This document shows positions 1 to 11,939 of a stretch of DNA of 64,000 nt, piece after piece (positions within the stretch are counted from its first letter, which is position 1; each line of letters starts with the position of its first letter). The stretch comes from Seison nebaliae (lineage: Eukaryota), in the NCBI GenBank assembly GCA_023231475.1, contig JALJEE010003089.1:1-64000 (forward strand), given 5' to 3'. Made by a program: the position numbers and the translations under genes. The notes under the pieces were generated by a model that saw only the letters and a program-made list of their open reading frames with translations, searched no databases and had not been told where the DNA came from.

Positions 1-605
1 TCATTCTTTATCGTTGACCTCCAATTTTGATATTTCTTACCATGTCCCTGAAGCTCTCAAACAATTTGTTGAGACGGGCAGGAATTTAATTTCAAATAAC
101 TCCTTTAAGGAGTTATCTTTTTTTCTTTTTAATTTACCCCGCGGGGATTTGCTATAAAAAAAAAAAAAAAAAAATAATGACCGTTAAGAGTTTCGTAGAA
201 TTTGTGAATGAGAAATAAGTTTACGCTCGAAGTCTTCTATAACGATATAATAATGGAAACAAGTAGAATATGAGAAGTAATACCACTATTTAACGTCACC
301 ATGGAAACTTGATGTTAATAATTTGCTGATAAATTATTTTGGTTGTTGGTGGAGGAGAACCATAATTTCCAATAACATTTTCATGCACTTCAAATATCTC
401 ATTTCCTACACATGCCATAAATTTGCCACCGTACTACTCTAATGATTGTTGAAATTGGTAAACGAAGAAATGAATAATATAATAATCATCAACGCCATAT
501 GTTAACTTAATAGGAACACGAAATTTTAACATGGTACACTAAATATATAAGAAGTTATTGGAAGTAAAATATGTTAGAAGTTTTATTTAATAGAAGAATT
601 TAATT

Positions 606-1290
606 TATTTTTTTTTTTATTGTAAATGTGACATAGAATTAAAATTCACGACGTTGGTGGTTGGAAATTAGTTCACGGTATCTTGCTATATGATTTTTGA
701 GATTGTCGGGAACCAAGTATTCGAAGGAGAATTGATCTATCAATTCTCTTGCATTGAACAGCCGAGTAGGCTTCGGAAGAGTGTATTATGAACAGAAAAA
801 TGATAAAGGAGACGTAAGTGGTAACAATTCGTTAAAAGAAGGCGACGGAAATTCTGAAGTATCCATCTTCTCTAGTAAGGAAAGATACCACTTTGCCAAC
901 AAAATCGGAAACGGAGGAATATCGACAATGAAGAACATAAATGCTCTTGAAAAGGATCGTTTACAACCTAATAAACTTCGAATGCATCGATTATATGCTC
1001 GATGTAAAGCGTACATTGATTTCATTGAAAACGATATAGCTGTCTGTCGGCCGTAGAAATGGCAGCAGACAGTATGAAATAATTTCATTTTTAGAGAAAT
1101 TGGAAAGTATTTACACCAATGATTAATTGAGTGAAAAGCTCTAATGAACTTGCATCTAATATAATCGACGGTTGCAGAACTCTTTTTCTTACAGTTTAAG
1201 TAACAACCAAGAAATTTGCTGTCATTACATTTATATTCATTAAGAGGAATATCTCTTTCATTCAGTTTAATATTCGTCAACAATTTAAAT
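606..1290 (-). mobile_element. 5'-truncated non-LTR retrotransposon (LINE) remnant: C-terminal part of RT ORF, 3' UTR and poly(A) tail
   Basis: ORF 786-1322(-) has KFLG followed by KLFHTVCCHFYG...AYNRCIRSLLG...MF...IPPF, resembling the post-RT region of LINE ORF2. The frame continues about 48 codons past the TAA at 786-788 to a TAA at 639-641. It is followed by AATAAA running into an A-tract (T-run near 608-618 on +). The 5' boundary is approximate. Confidence 0.7.
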
Positions 1291-1757
1291 TTCAAATTAT
1301 TATATTTTATACCACATCTCACAAGTTCTTCATTTTTATTTATTAAACAATTTGTTTATTTTCTATCATTCCTTATTATCAAAGAGATTGAGAGGAATGA
1401 TAAAGAAATGTCGGAAACTCAAACAAATTTTAAAAAAAGTTTAGCAAATATAAAAATGAGAGACGGACTCTCGTATCTACGAATTAGTCATAACGAGAGA
1501 AAAATAAATAACATGTATGATATATGATAAACAATATAATAAATATATGTTTTTGATAAAATAAAAAAAGAAAATTAAAAAAAATTAAATTTAAAAAAAG
1601 GCTATAAGGAGAGGAGGTGGAAGATAATATTTTTCTATTCGCAATTTACATTCTCTTCAAATAATTTGACAGTTATCTTTTTCGAGACAACAGCTTTAAT
1701 TAATCTTAAAAGATTTAGATAAAAAGAATTCATTGTCTATATTCTAATTATAATCAA

Positions 1758-2363
1758 ATGACGATGGCTCAGGAATACGATTACCAATTCAAATTGTTGC
1801 TCATCGGCGACTCGGGTGTGGGTAAGTCATGTCTCCTACTCCGATTTTGCGACGACGTCTACACCAGCAGTTACATCAGTACGATCGGTGTCGATTTCAA
1901 AATCAGAACATTGAATTTGGATGATAAGAATGCGAAATTGCAAATTTGGGACACAGCAGGTCAAGAACGTTTCCGAACGATTACTTCGTCCTATTACCGT
2001 GGTGCCCAAGGTATTATTATCGTATACGATGTGACGGATATGGAAACGTTTAACAACGTTCGACAATGGTTGACGGAGATCGATCGATATGCGAGCGAAA
2101 ATGTCTTGAAATTGCTCGTTGGGAACAAGAGTGATTTAACGGACAAGAAAGTGGTGGATTACGAGACAGCGAGCAAATATGCCGAACATTTGCACATTCC
2201 TTTCCTTGAAACGAGCGCTAAAGACTCGACGAATGTGGAACAAGCATTTCAACGAATGGCCGAATTGATCAAAGGATCATATATCAAAATGCCACTCATT
2301 GAGACACAGCAAATTACCGAGACGATTGAGAAGTCAAAGAAATATAGATGTTGTAATAATTGA
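1758..2363 (+). CDS. RAB1: Rab1/Ypt1-family small GTPase, intronless
   Basis: [17 protein letters not shown] effector loop, [18 protein letters not shown] and a C-terminal CCNN prenylation motif. Confidence 0.93.
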   Translation: MTMAQEYDYQFKLLLIGDSGVGKSCLLLRFCDDVYTSSYISTIGVDFKIRTLNLDDKNAKLQIWDTAGQERFRTITSSYYRGAQGIIIVYDVTDMETFNNVRQWLTEIDRYASENVLKLLVGNKSDLTDKKVVDYETASKYAEHLHIPFLETSAKDSTNVEQAFQRMAELIKGSYIKMPLIETQQITETIEKSKKYRCCNN

Positions 2364-2696
2364 AATTGAGAGAATGACGATGTTATTCATTCTCAAATTA
2401 TTCTTTATAAAATTAAAAAAATTAATCGTCTTTCAAATCAACCTTGTTGACGATAATTCAATTAACGACATTTATTAACTTTATTAATAAAATTTGACTG
2501 AACAGAATCTTCTTTTTCTCTAACAATTAATTTAATTATTATCGCTTAATAATTTGGATGAAATTATTTTAAATTACATTTATTTATATTCGCCCAATCA
2601 ATTATTCTCATCTGATAGGACGTATTTATGGAGATGGTGATGGAGAATGAGAATTGAAATGTTTATTTGAATATATTGAAAATGAATTTCATATCG

Positions 2697-3092
2697 TCAA
2701 TTATCTTTATATTCACAAATGATGACTATTAGACAGATGCATGCACAAAAATAAAAGAGTAATGTACAAAGTGCAGGAGGAAATAAATTGGTATCAGGAG
2801 CCCACCAAGCCACCATATATAGAATCATTCCCACCATGATCATTCCCTCGAGGAAAACGATTACGGTAAACCATAGAAGGAATGAACCATCCGCACTTCC
2901 ACCACCTTCCGCATCACACATCACAATTATTGCATCTACTATCATGAAAAAGGAGATGATGATCGATGAGACATAAACATCGAACATCACCGAATGATGT
3001 CTCAATTTGTAGACGAGATATGAAGAGAGACCCACGTTCACTATACTGAACACGATGACCATTACGGCTGGTAGCGTCGTTTTTTCATCCAT
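2697..3092 (-). CDS. Small four-transmembrane protein of unknown family (paralog 1)
   Basis: Four hydrophobic segments. Shares PAV.VI.F.IVN.GL, SFLLWFTVIVFL and ICLIVI with the neighbouring ORF. First ATG at 3092. Confidence 0.75.
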   Translation of the reverse strand: MDEKTTLPAVMVIVFSIVNVGLSSYLVYKLRHHSVMFDVYVSSIIISFFMIVDAIIVMCDAEGGGSADGSFLLWFTVIVFLEGMIMVGMILYMVAWWAPDTNLFPPALCTLLFYFCACICLIVIICEYKDN

Positions 3093-3446
3093 CACTACCT
3101 ACTAATTTGCGCACTTTATTCAACTATGTCGTCCTTTACCAATTCTTCGTAAGATCTACTTCAAATTCGTCCAATTGGAACAATGGAAATACAAAGAAAT
3201 TTACTCAACCTTCAATATTTTCTTTATTGAAATTTATTCTGAGAAAACTCTCCAAAAATCTTCCGTTTTTTTTCCTCGGAATTTCAAACAAGTGCAAATT
3301 CATTTATCATTCATCTGTTACATGTCGCACAATATAATGGAATTTAATCAAAAAATCTATTCTTAACAATAGAATTTAACAAATTCAGGCAATTTATTAA
3401 GATTTGACTAATTCACTAACAAAGTAAGAGGTGTTTCAATTGTGTT

Positions 3447-3836
3447 TTATTTAATTTGATAAAGAATAACAATGAGACAAATAGCAATGACATCCAGAAA
3501 AAGTTGGAGACAAAGATAGTAAGGGAAATAATCGGTATCGTATACCATACCGGAGAGTGCACAGAGATACATTCCTAACATTATCATCACTATCAGAAAT
3601 ACGATGACAGTGAACCATAAAAGGAATGATTCATCCACACCACAATCTTCACAAATTATCATAATACAAACAACGATCAATAATAGTCCCAATATGATCA
3701 TTGTAACGGCCATATCAAAACCAACACCAGTGCGACCATGTCGATGATCATAAATGATCTTCGATGCCAAACCTATATTGACGATGGTGAAGATTATGAC
3801 GATGACAGCCGGTACCGTTGACTCATCAGACGCCAT
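3447..3836 (-). CDS. Small four-transmembrane protein of unknown family (paralog 2)
   Basis: Colinear paralog of 2697-3092 with the same motifs. The ATG at 3836 aligns with the paralog start. Confidence 0.75.
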   Translation of the reverse strand: MASDESTVPAVIVIIFTIVNIGLASKIIYDHRHGRTGVGFDMAVTMIILGLLLIVVCIMIICEDCGVDESFLLWFTVIVFLIVMIMLGMYLCALSGMVYDTDYFPYYLCLQLFLDVIAICLIVILYQIK

Positions 3837-4552
3837 TCTTCTATCGAATCGATCGAGTTTAGGCGAAGTGTGCTGAAGTTCCAATTATTTCTTTCTTCAC
3901 TTTAAACAATGTCATTTGACGATTCAATCTCTGAATTTATTGCGCTAATCTTATTTATTAGTATCAAATTCACTTTATTTATTTCACTCAACTATCAGAA
4001 ATCATTTTATCTTCATCATTCTCATCATCTTATTGGTAATGAGAAAATTGCTTATTAATTCAATTGAACACTAATAAATTCTTGAAAATAATTAAAAGTT
4101 TTCATCATTTTTCAAATTTTCCCATTTCAATTTTTCAAATTTCTTACAAATATTTTTCTTGAATTTCATAAGAAATATTAAAAATAAATTATTAAAATTC
4201 TCGAGAAAGTCAATCCTAAAAGTCGTCCATGTTTTTAACGATAATGTAAAAATTACATCAGTCAAAAATTGTAATTAATAAAACATAATAAATGATAAGA
4301 AATGAATGAATAAAGAAAATATTTCAAATTCTTGTGAGAAAAACGGAAATGTGACACTCAAAATTATTGAGCTTATAATTAAATTTTGCTTTCCTAATAA
4401 AATCTTGTAATGAATAGTAGAGATGACAGTTGATAATCGTTAGCGTCCATGTCAACGACGACGTACTATATTAGACGCGAAAATGAAAACGTAGTTTCAA
4501 TTTAACATTTTTAGTTGTTGAGAATTATTTTTTTAATTCTTCTTATTCAATT

Positions 4553-5025
4553 TACCATTGGAAGAATAAGATGGTATTTCTAAAGATATGCTAGATGAAT
4601 AGGCATTTCCGGATTCCGATATTCCTCATATCGGAATTATTATGAGAATCCGGAAGAAAGTTTATTTCTGGAAAAAGGAATAAACTCCAGGTTTTCCCTC
4701 GGGTATCATCAGAAAGAAGACCTACCTTCTTCCGTACCCGATGGATAATTTGGATGGAACAACATTTATTCTAAATTCGTTCCGTAGGTTGGCCGAGTCA
4801 CTGCTCAATTAGTAGGAAACCTCCTTGGACCTCTAATTGAGCAGTGACGATTATTTCCTCTGGCCAATTAGTCAACAGTAGAAGGAAGTTTAATGGCCGT
4901 AAAAACTGTAAAATGGCAGGAAGTCTATTGTACACTGTAATGGGCCGGATAGGATAATAAGATTTTTTCCTCGGTTGAAATGGAAACTCATTTGAAAGAT
5001 GAAACACAACCAATTGTAGTTGGAA
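4553..5025 (+). ncRNA. Candidate large structured RNA (unassigned)
   Basis: About ten stems, including a perfect 16-bp inverted repeat 4797-4812/4833-4848 and a 10-bp stem 4607-4616/4646-4655. G-U pairs favour the + strand. No credible ORF. Confidence 0.5.
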
Positions 5026-5609
5026 AATTAATTCAATTCCATTCGAAATTGTTCAAAAGGTCCAGTTACCAAATCCGCAAAAATTTACATAAATTCTATT
5101 TTTTCACAATTCAAATAAACTCTCATTAATTCTTTCTTCAACTTTTACTCTTAACATTTATCGAAATTAATTTAAATTAACTGAAAAATTCAAAATAATA
5201 CTTCACTTAAAATTTTCATATGAAAACCGTTTGCTTATCAGTTTATTAATTCACTTATCAATTTGATAATCTGCTTATCATCTCACGATTTAACTGATCA
5301 CGATATATTAAAATTATTATTAGTGATATCGTTTAAGAGTTTTTTTTAATCAAGATTAACATGTCAACATTTAATTCGATATTTTATAATCGTTCAATAT
5401 TTCAGATGGGAAAATCTATTAGAATTTCTCGTTAGTCAAACTTGTTCCAATTATGTCATTGATTTGGAAAAAAAAGATTGGCGGAAAAAAATGAATTTAA
5501 TAAAAAAAATTAAATTTTCGTTCAATCTTACGAAAGTTGTTCTAATATGATTGAACGTCCAATTAGAATAGTGTATACATAGTAAACGCTAATTTGACGA
5601 ATTAGTCCG

Positions 5610-5760
5610 TGACACGTCATGTTGTTCACTCTTACCTCCTCGAAATGAAGAGATTTGTGTGCATAGTACATGCATAATAGGAGAAATCACACGTCATGTT
5701 GAATAGTAGAATGACGTGTAGAACACGTCATCTTACGTGGAAGTACGAGTATAAATATGA
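5610..5760 (+). promoter_or_regulatory. Promoter or LTR-like segment: four ACACGTCAT (CRE/ATF-like) motifs followed by a TATA box
   Basis: ACACGTCAT at 5612, 5689 and 5723, its reverse complement at 5711, and TATAAAT at 5750-5756. Lies directly upstream of a decayed gypsy-like region. Confidence 0.5.
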
Positions 5761-5799
5761 TTTTACATTTCCGTTATTCTCAACAATCTTTTCCATTAT

Positions 5800-8460
5800 T
5801 TCCACTCTCTTCCAAACTTATAGTTACCGGAACTATAAACTCAAAGGTCGATCGGTTCAAATTACTCGCGGGATTACTCTATCAATCAATCAATTTCGTC
5901 AAAGGATCGATATCGAGGGAACAGTGGTCGAAATGAAGAAGAATGACTGTTCGGGAAGAAGATTATTCCATTGGTGGAATGGAATCTCTCACAACGGACG
6001 GTTCGGAAGGATGATAAGGAAAAAACGCATCTAATTCTTCTCAATCGAATGCGGACTGGATGCTGAAGGAACTCACTGAGAAGAGAATACTGAAAAGAAA
6101 GCGAAACTTTCTTTGAGGTCGATTGATTCTTTTATGGTCTTGGTAATTCTATGGTTTTGGTAATTCTATGGTCTTGGTTATTTGATGGTAGCGTAATATA
6201 CATTATGAAATGAAGGAGATCACTCCTTTCTGTCAGTTACTGAGTGGAGAAAATATAGCTTCCCATCATAAATAAATCTCCGTTGTCTTAATTGGCAAAG
6301 AGAAGGAGGTCGAAGGATTATGATGAAACAAGCAATACCTTTTGTCTCACATTTTGGCTAATGTGATTAATGACTACCTCTCAGCATTCACCTCAAGTCT
6401 TTGCAATGGACTTCTCAAAGTTTCTTGGACACATTCGGGATGCGAGGATGAATTTGAGAGGAGCTCGAGAAATGGTGGGGGGTGGAAAATATTGAATTGC
6501 TCGCTAAAGCTATCGAATACTAAATGTCTCTCAAAGATTGTCGGTGGATATGGGAAGATCTTCAAAATTGACCTTTTTCCCATTCAATTTCCATTCATTC
6601 ACTGACTTGACGGTCGTGAGTAAATTGCGAATAAATGAGGAATTAAGTTTTGGTAAAATTAAACGATGGTTGGAAATATCTCGAAAATGGAATAGAGTTG
6701 AACTTACTGTTGTACCTGTTAGAAGACACTCAGGATGACCATTGCAAACAAATGGAGAACAACAAAAGAATAGGCATAATGATCCTTTAAACATAATGTC
6801 CTCTTTGTGGAATATATTTGGAATATCTATGAAGTATTCGAAAGGAATTCACGTTGTCGAACAAAAAGGACCTCGTGTTGACTACACATAATACTCACAA
6901 CAATCAAATTAATTCAAATCAGTTTTATGGTTTCAGCGACGTTTCATGGCTCTCATCCTTGATCTCGCTTTTAAAGGCTATTACCACGTTCAACGTCCTG
7001 GTAAAGAATAAGAATAACCTGTCAAAGTGAACCTAACTGTCGTTGTTTCCTCATTGTTGTAATGATGACAAGAATTGTAGCCGGATAGGATGACACGTCA
7101 TTCTTATAACAATTCAAGTCGAAATACCTCTATACTTTCTCCAAAGTTCCAAGATTAAATACTTATAGACCAAATTGATTACCACTAAAATTACCCCGAC
7201 GATAGCTGTTTAGAGAAGACATCTGATGGTGGAAGCAGGTCAAACATTATCAAACGTTTTGAATTCATTCTAGCAAGAAATAAAAGGGATTGGATAATTT
7301 GCTCAGATATATATTATTATAGCTCTCAAATTACCATCAATCGTTTATCACACGGAAATATATTAAAGGTTAAATCAGACGATCTTGTGATCACATAGAA
7401 AATATGTGAAACAATATGGAATGGAGAGCATATGATTATCCTATTAATAATCTATATGCAACAAAAAGTTTTTAATTCGCCTAGATGCGATCAGAAGTTT
7501 CAAAAACAGGAAAAGAATACCTGTCAGGAAAATTTTATTATGGCAGTGAATGATCTAAAGGTTTCTTGTTTTCTTCATTTTTCAAAAATTTATAATTCTC
7601 TTTTATTATTAGCTAGTTTTTAATATACCTATAAACAATGAATATACCTATAGCTACGAGGCGAAAATGATTATAAAGAAAGTATTTTTCTTCTTTATCT
7701 CAATGGTGAGGTGCATCTCCGGATTTTACATATAAGGGACATCGATAAGATGTATATGGAATCTAATCATTGCTACACAGTCATATAAATATCGCAATAA
7801 TGGATCAGGACATGAATAGAGGTAGGATATTTGACAGCCATCATCTCCGGACCTTTAATTCGTACATCCTATCCATTATAAGGGTTCATACATTGGCATT
7901 CGTCATACTTTTAGCAACCAGGGTTTACCAACTTATATCATCTTCTTCAATCATTGTACGACTCAGATATTGGACATTTGCAATGGGTTCAAATAATTGG
8001 TCTATTCTTATGTGGTTGGTCAAAGAAGAACCTATGGATCATTACATGGGAAAATGTACTAGAAAAGGAAAAATTTCCTAACCTTTTACCTGAGAAACAC
8101 TTATGGAAATTGATGGGGATTTTTACATTATTCTCAAGAAAAGATACGTAATTCTCAGGGTGGTTAATGCAAGCTCGAAGGAAACGGAAAAATAATCACA
8201 AGTATGACAAAGAGAGGGAAAGTATCAGAAATTCAAGTTAAAAGACTATACTCTCCCAATCTGTCATTCAACGTCCCAATGATTTGGGAGGAGATAAGTT
8301 TCCTGAGGAAATTTACAAAACCTATATATAGACTTCAAATGCTTTACAAACCTATAGATTCGGATTAAATCGACACGACCATGTTACTCGTATGGTCTAA
8401 ACTTGGTATTCTGTATGTGGTCGATCGACGGAGAAGATTTACGAGGAAAATACTGATGAT
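5800..8460 (+). mobile_element. Heavily decayed Ty3/gypsy LTR retrotransposon internal region
   Basis: Broken RT motifs IHVVEQKGPRVDY (about 6846) and LDLAFKGYYHV (about 6958). A possible degenerate gag knuckle RCLNWQREG near 6280 and an integrase C-terminal-like QARRKRK..YDK near 8170-8210. Many stops and frameshifts; boundaries approximate. Confidence 0.55.
6133..6182. repeat. 17-bp tandem repeat, about 3 copies (TATGGTYTTGGTAATTC)
   Basis: Directly visible in the sequence. Confidence 0.85.
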
Positions 8461-9477
8461 ACAGGGAAATGAAACTTCTCTAGAAATTCCATGAAGAAAT
8501 TCCATTCGAAATTCCATTCGAAATCATTCCATGAAAAATTAGAGAAAGAATTAGATATTACATACTAGAACCTCGACAAATTTCAATTCAATAGTTCAAT
8601 TGTCAAAATGACGATATTTCTGAAGATAATGCAAAAGATTTTAGCAAATACTATACCGTCACACCACCAACGTGTTTATTAAATACTGTTCAACCATTTC
8701 AAGTATGTTTCTTCATATTCTTTTATCGTTACATCTTACCTTCATTTCTCCATTAAGTTTTCTCCATTTCCTTACGCATATTTCTTTTAAAACTCAAATA
8801 AACTTTCTTCATATTACTCAACTATCTTCTTTAATTTAATTTTATTTTCACTTTTAATTTTTAATACAAAAAACTTCAATTTGTCTTAATATATTTAAAA
8901 CTGTATTCAAAATATTTCAAATTTTTAGTTATTATTATAGAGAATTATTCAAAAGTAACTGGACGAAATTTGATTTTTTTGATGCTTCTTCATATTCCAT
9001 TATATTCGTAAAGGCCAATACCGTTTATAGATAGCCGTGTTCAAACTCTTTCTAAGACATACAATTTCATTAAAAATAAATTTAAAATTCGATAAAAATC
9101 AATTCATATTAGTCTTACACAAAGAGACACAATGGGCAGAATTGTGAAAAATTTCTATACAGTTCGACGTACCAAGATATCATGTCGAACTTCAAATTAA
9201 TATTATTGAGAAAAGAATTTTCTTAAAAATGAGGAGTAAAAATAAGATAAATAAAATTGGAAGCTCAAGGGATGACCGAGGGAGAAAATGAATTGTTGAT
9301 GTTTTAGATTAACCGTTCTACTTAACGAGAATTGTGGAACTGAAATAATAGAATCCACATTTCCATTTTGAAAACATAAGAGGAAATTATAAGATAAAAA
9401 GTGGAAAAAATTGAAAATAAACACAAATTCGGATATCTTTTCTATTTTACTTTACAGTATCTCCATCAACTTATAAT

Positions 9478-11771
9478 ATGCAAAGTTTAAAATGCATCAT
9501 ATTCGCGAAGGCCAATAGATTAATTACAATACCTTGTGCATCATTCATTAACATCAATCAACCGAAAAAGGGAATAACAAGACTCGCTCGAACTAATTTA
9601 TTTGATAGTTATAGAACAAATTATTGTCATATCTTCCAACGACATCTGAGTGACGATAATCGGAAAGATCAAAAACGACGACAGTTATGTCCGAAATGTG
9701 GTGGGCCATGTTCAGTATTTCCGACGTTGATGAAACCGTCTAAATTTGTTATCTGTCAGAATTGTGGTTATATATTTGGTGATATTTCATCATCATTAAA
9801 ATCGGGACGAGGAGGTCCATCAGAACATCCGGAAAATTTATTTAATTTCCATCCTGATTCCAATTCTCAAGAACAAAAGTTGATTGAATCACCGTCGATA
9901 AATTTCCTGAATATACAATATCCTCAATATCCTCGACAACAACAGAAACAATTAACAGGAGGTCAAATAAAGATGAGTGAAGATGAATCAGATGGAATGA
10001 TGGATGAAAATAATCCATTTCATAATATAACACCGAAAGGAATTCATCGTTATTTGGATGAATATATCATTGGACAAACATATCCTAAGAAAGTGATCAG
10101 TGTAGCCGTTTATAATCATTATAAACGAATCAAACATAATTTATATGATAATCGTGTTAAACAGAAGAAAATTGTTGGAGCTGATTCTCCCGCTTATAAT
10201 TTCGTTAATGATTTGACTACACTTCCCCCACATACTCTTCCAACCACAACTAACAACAACAACAACAACAACAATGAATTGGGTTCAGTAATTGATTTGA
10301 TAATTGATGAGAAGGAACCATCAATAACGACAACAAAACCGAATGGAAATATGAAGAAAGATGAGAATTCTTCAAATAAAGATCGATCATTTGTTCGTCG
10401 ACGATATCGTTTGAATAATATAAATAAATCATTATCTGATAGTAAAATACCGATGGATGGGAAGGGAAATGATGGGAAAGATGTGAATTCCATAATTTTC
10501 AAAAATTTACAATTTCATAATAATATTTCAAAATCAACACCTGAATTCGATAATAATGGGACGAATGAGAAAAATGTTAAACGTCGAATTATTGATAAGA
10601 GTAACATACTTTTATTGGGACCGAGTGGAACGGGCAAAACCTTCTTAGCTCAAACAATTGCCACATATCTCAACGTTCCATTCGCCATTTGTGATTGTAC
10701 CACATTGACACAGGCTGGATATGTGGGAGAAGATATCGAAAGTGTTGTCAGTAAATTATATCAGAATTCAAATTCGAATATGGAACGATGTCAACAAGGA
10801 ATAATTTTTTTAGATGAAGTTGATAAAATCGCCGCTTCTAATTCGACTGTTGGTCATCATATGAGAGATGTTGGTGGAGAAGGAGTACAACAAGGTCTCC
10901 TCAAACTAATGGAGGGCACGTTAGTCACTGTACCTGATGCCAGAAATCCTGGTGTTTCCACCAGGAAATTACGAGGTGAATCCGTCCAAATCGACACTAC
11001 CAACATTTTATTTGTTGTATCAGGTGCATTTGTTGGAATGGATGCAATCATCTCTCAGCGGAAAAAGAAGCAAATAATTGGATTTAATGCATCGTCACCA
11101 CCACCATCATTATCATCATCAAATATAAAAACAGAGATGAATGGGAAAGAAAAGAAAAAGGAGGAAGAGGAAGGAATGGATGAATATCAGAAAATTTTGG
11201 GAGAAGAGAAAAAATCGGACGAATTATTGAATGATGTTGAAGCGAAAGATTTGGTACGATTTGGAATGATTCCAGAATTTATTGGTCGAATTCCGATAAT
11301 TGCCAATTTTCATTCGTTGGACGAGAATATGTTGAAAAGGATATTAATCGAACCATCAAATTCGGTCGTATCTCAATTCGAAGAATTGTTCTTTCTCGAT
11401 AAAATTAAATTAGAACTTACCAGTGCTGCACTCTCCGCCATTGCCCGTAAAGCTAAAGTTTGTTTTCTTTTAAATTTCATTCAATTATTAAAATATGACG
11501 ATTATAGATGAAACAAACAGGAGCTCGAGGTCTACGAGCCATTTTGGAGAGTGTTCTCCTCGACGCCATGTACGAGACTCCGAGTGACAAAGATGTTTAT
11601 GCAGTGAAAGTCATGAAATCATGTGTAACGAAAGGAGAACCGGTAACGATGTTGAGAAAACGACAATCAAAGAAGAAAAGTGAGAGACAAGATGAAATGT
11701 CATCATCGCCAAACATATCATCGAATGACGTTGAAAATAAAGATGATACAAATAAATCATCAACAATTTGA
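9478..11771 (+). CDS. CLPX: Mitochondrial ATP-dependent Clp protease ATP-binding subunit ClpX; 2 exons (intron 11458-11507)
   Basis: C4 zinc finger CPKC..CQNC, Walker [18 protein letters not shown], Walker [18 protein letters not shown], and TGARGLR after the 50-nt GT-AG intron. Confidence 0.95.
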
Positions 11772-11939
11772 ATGAAAAACAAAATTATCAGAAATTATCA
11801 GATGAATTGATCAAAAAAAAATTTCTTAATTTCATTCAATTCTCTTCCACGTCCTCCTTCGTTTAATATCTTTTAATTTTTATGATTTCTCGTAACAACC
11901 AACAGCAAAAAAAAAGCAACAATTGAAAACGAAATAATG

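Noticed and set aside
4688..4712. Minus-strand CTGATGA...GAAA resembling a hammerhead ribozyme core
   Set aside because: Stem II geometry is wrong, no stems I/III or cleavage triplet were found, and G-U pairs favour the + strand.
4550..4945. Divergent U1 snRNA (TTTACC start, ATTGTAC loop, AATTTGG Sm-like site)
   Set aside because: The motifs are out of U1 order and the U1-70K loop is absent; left for a covariance-model search.
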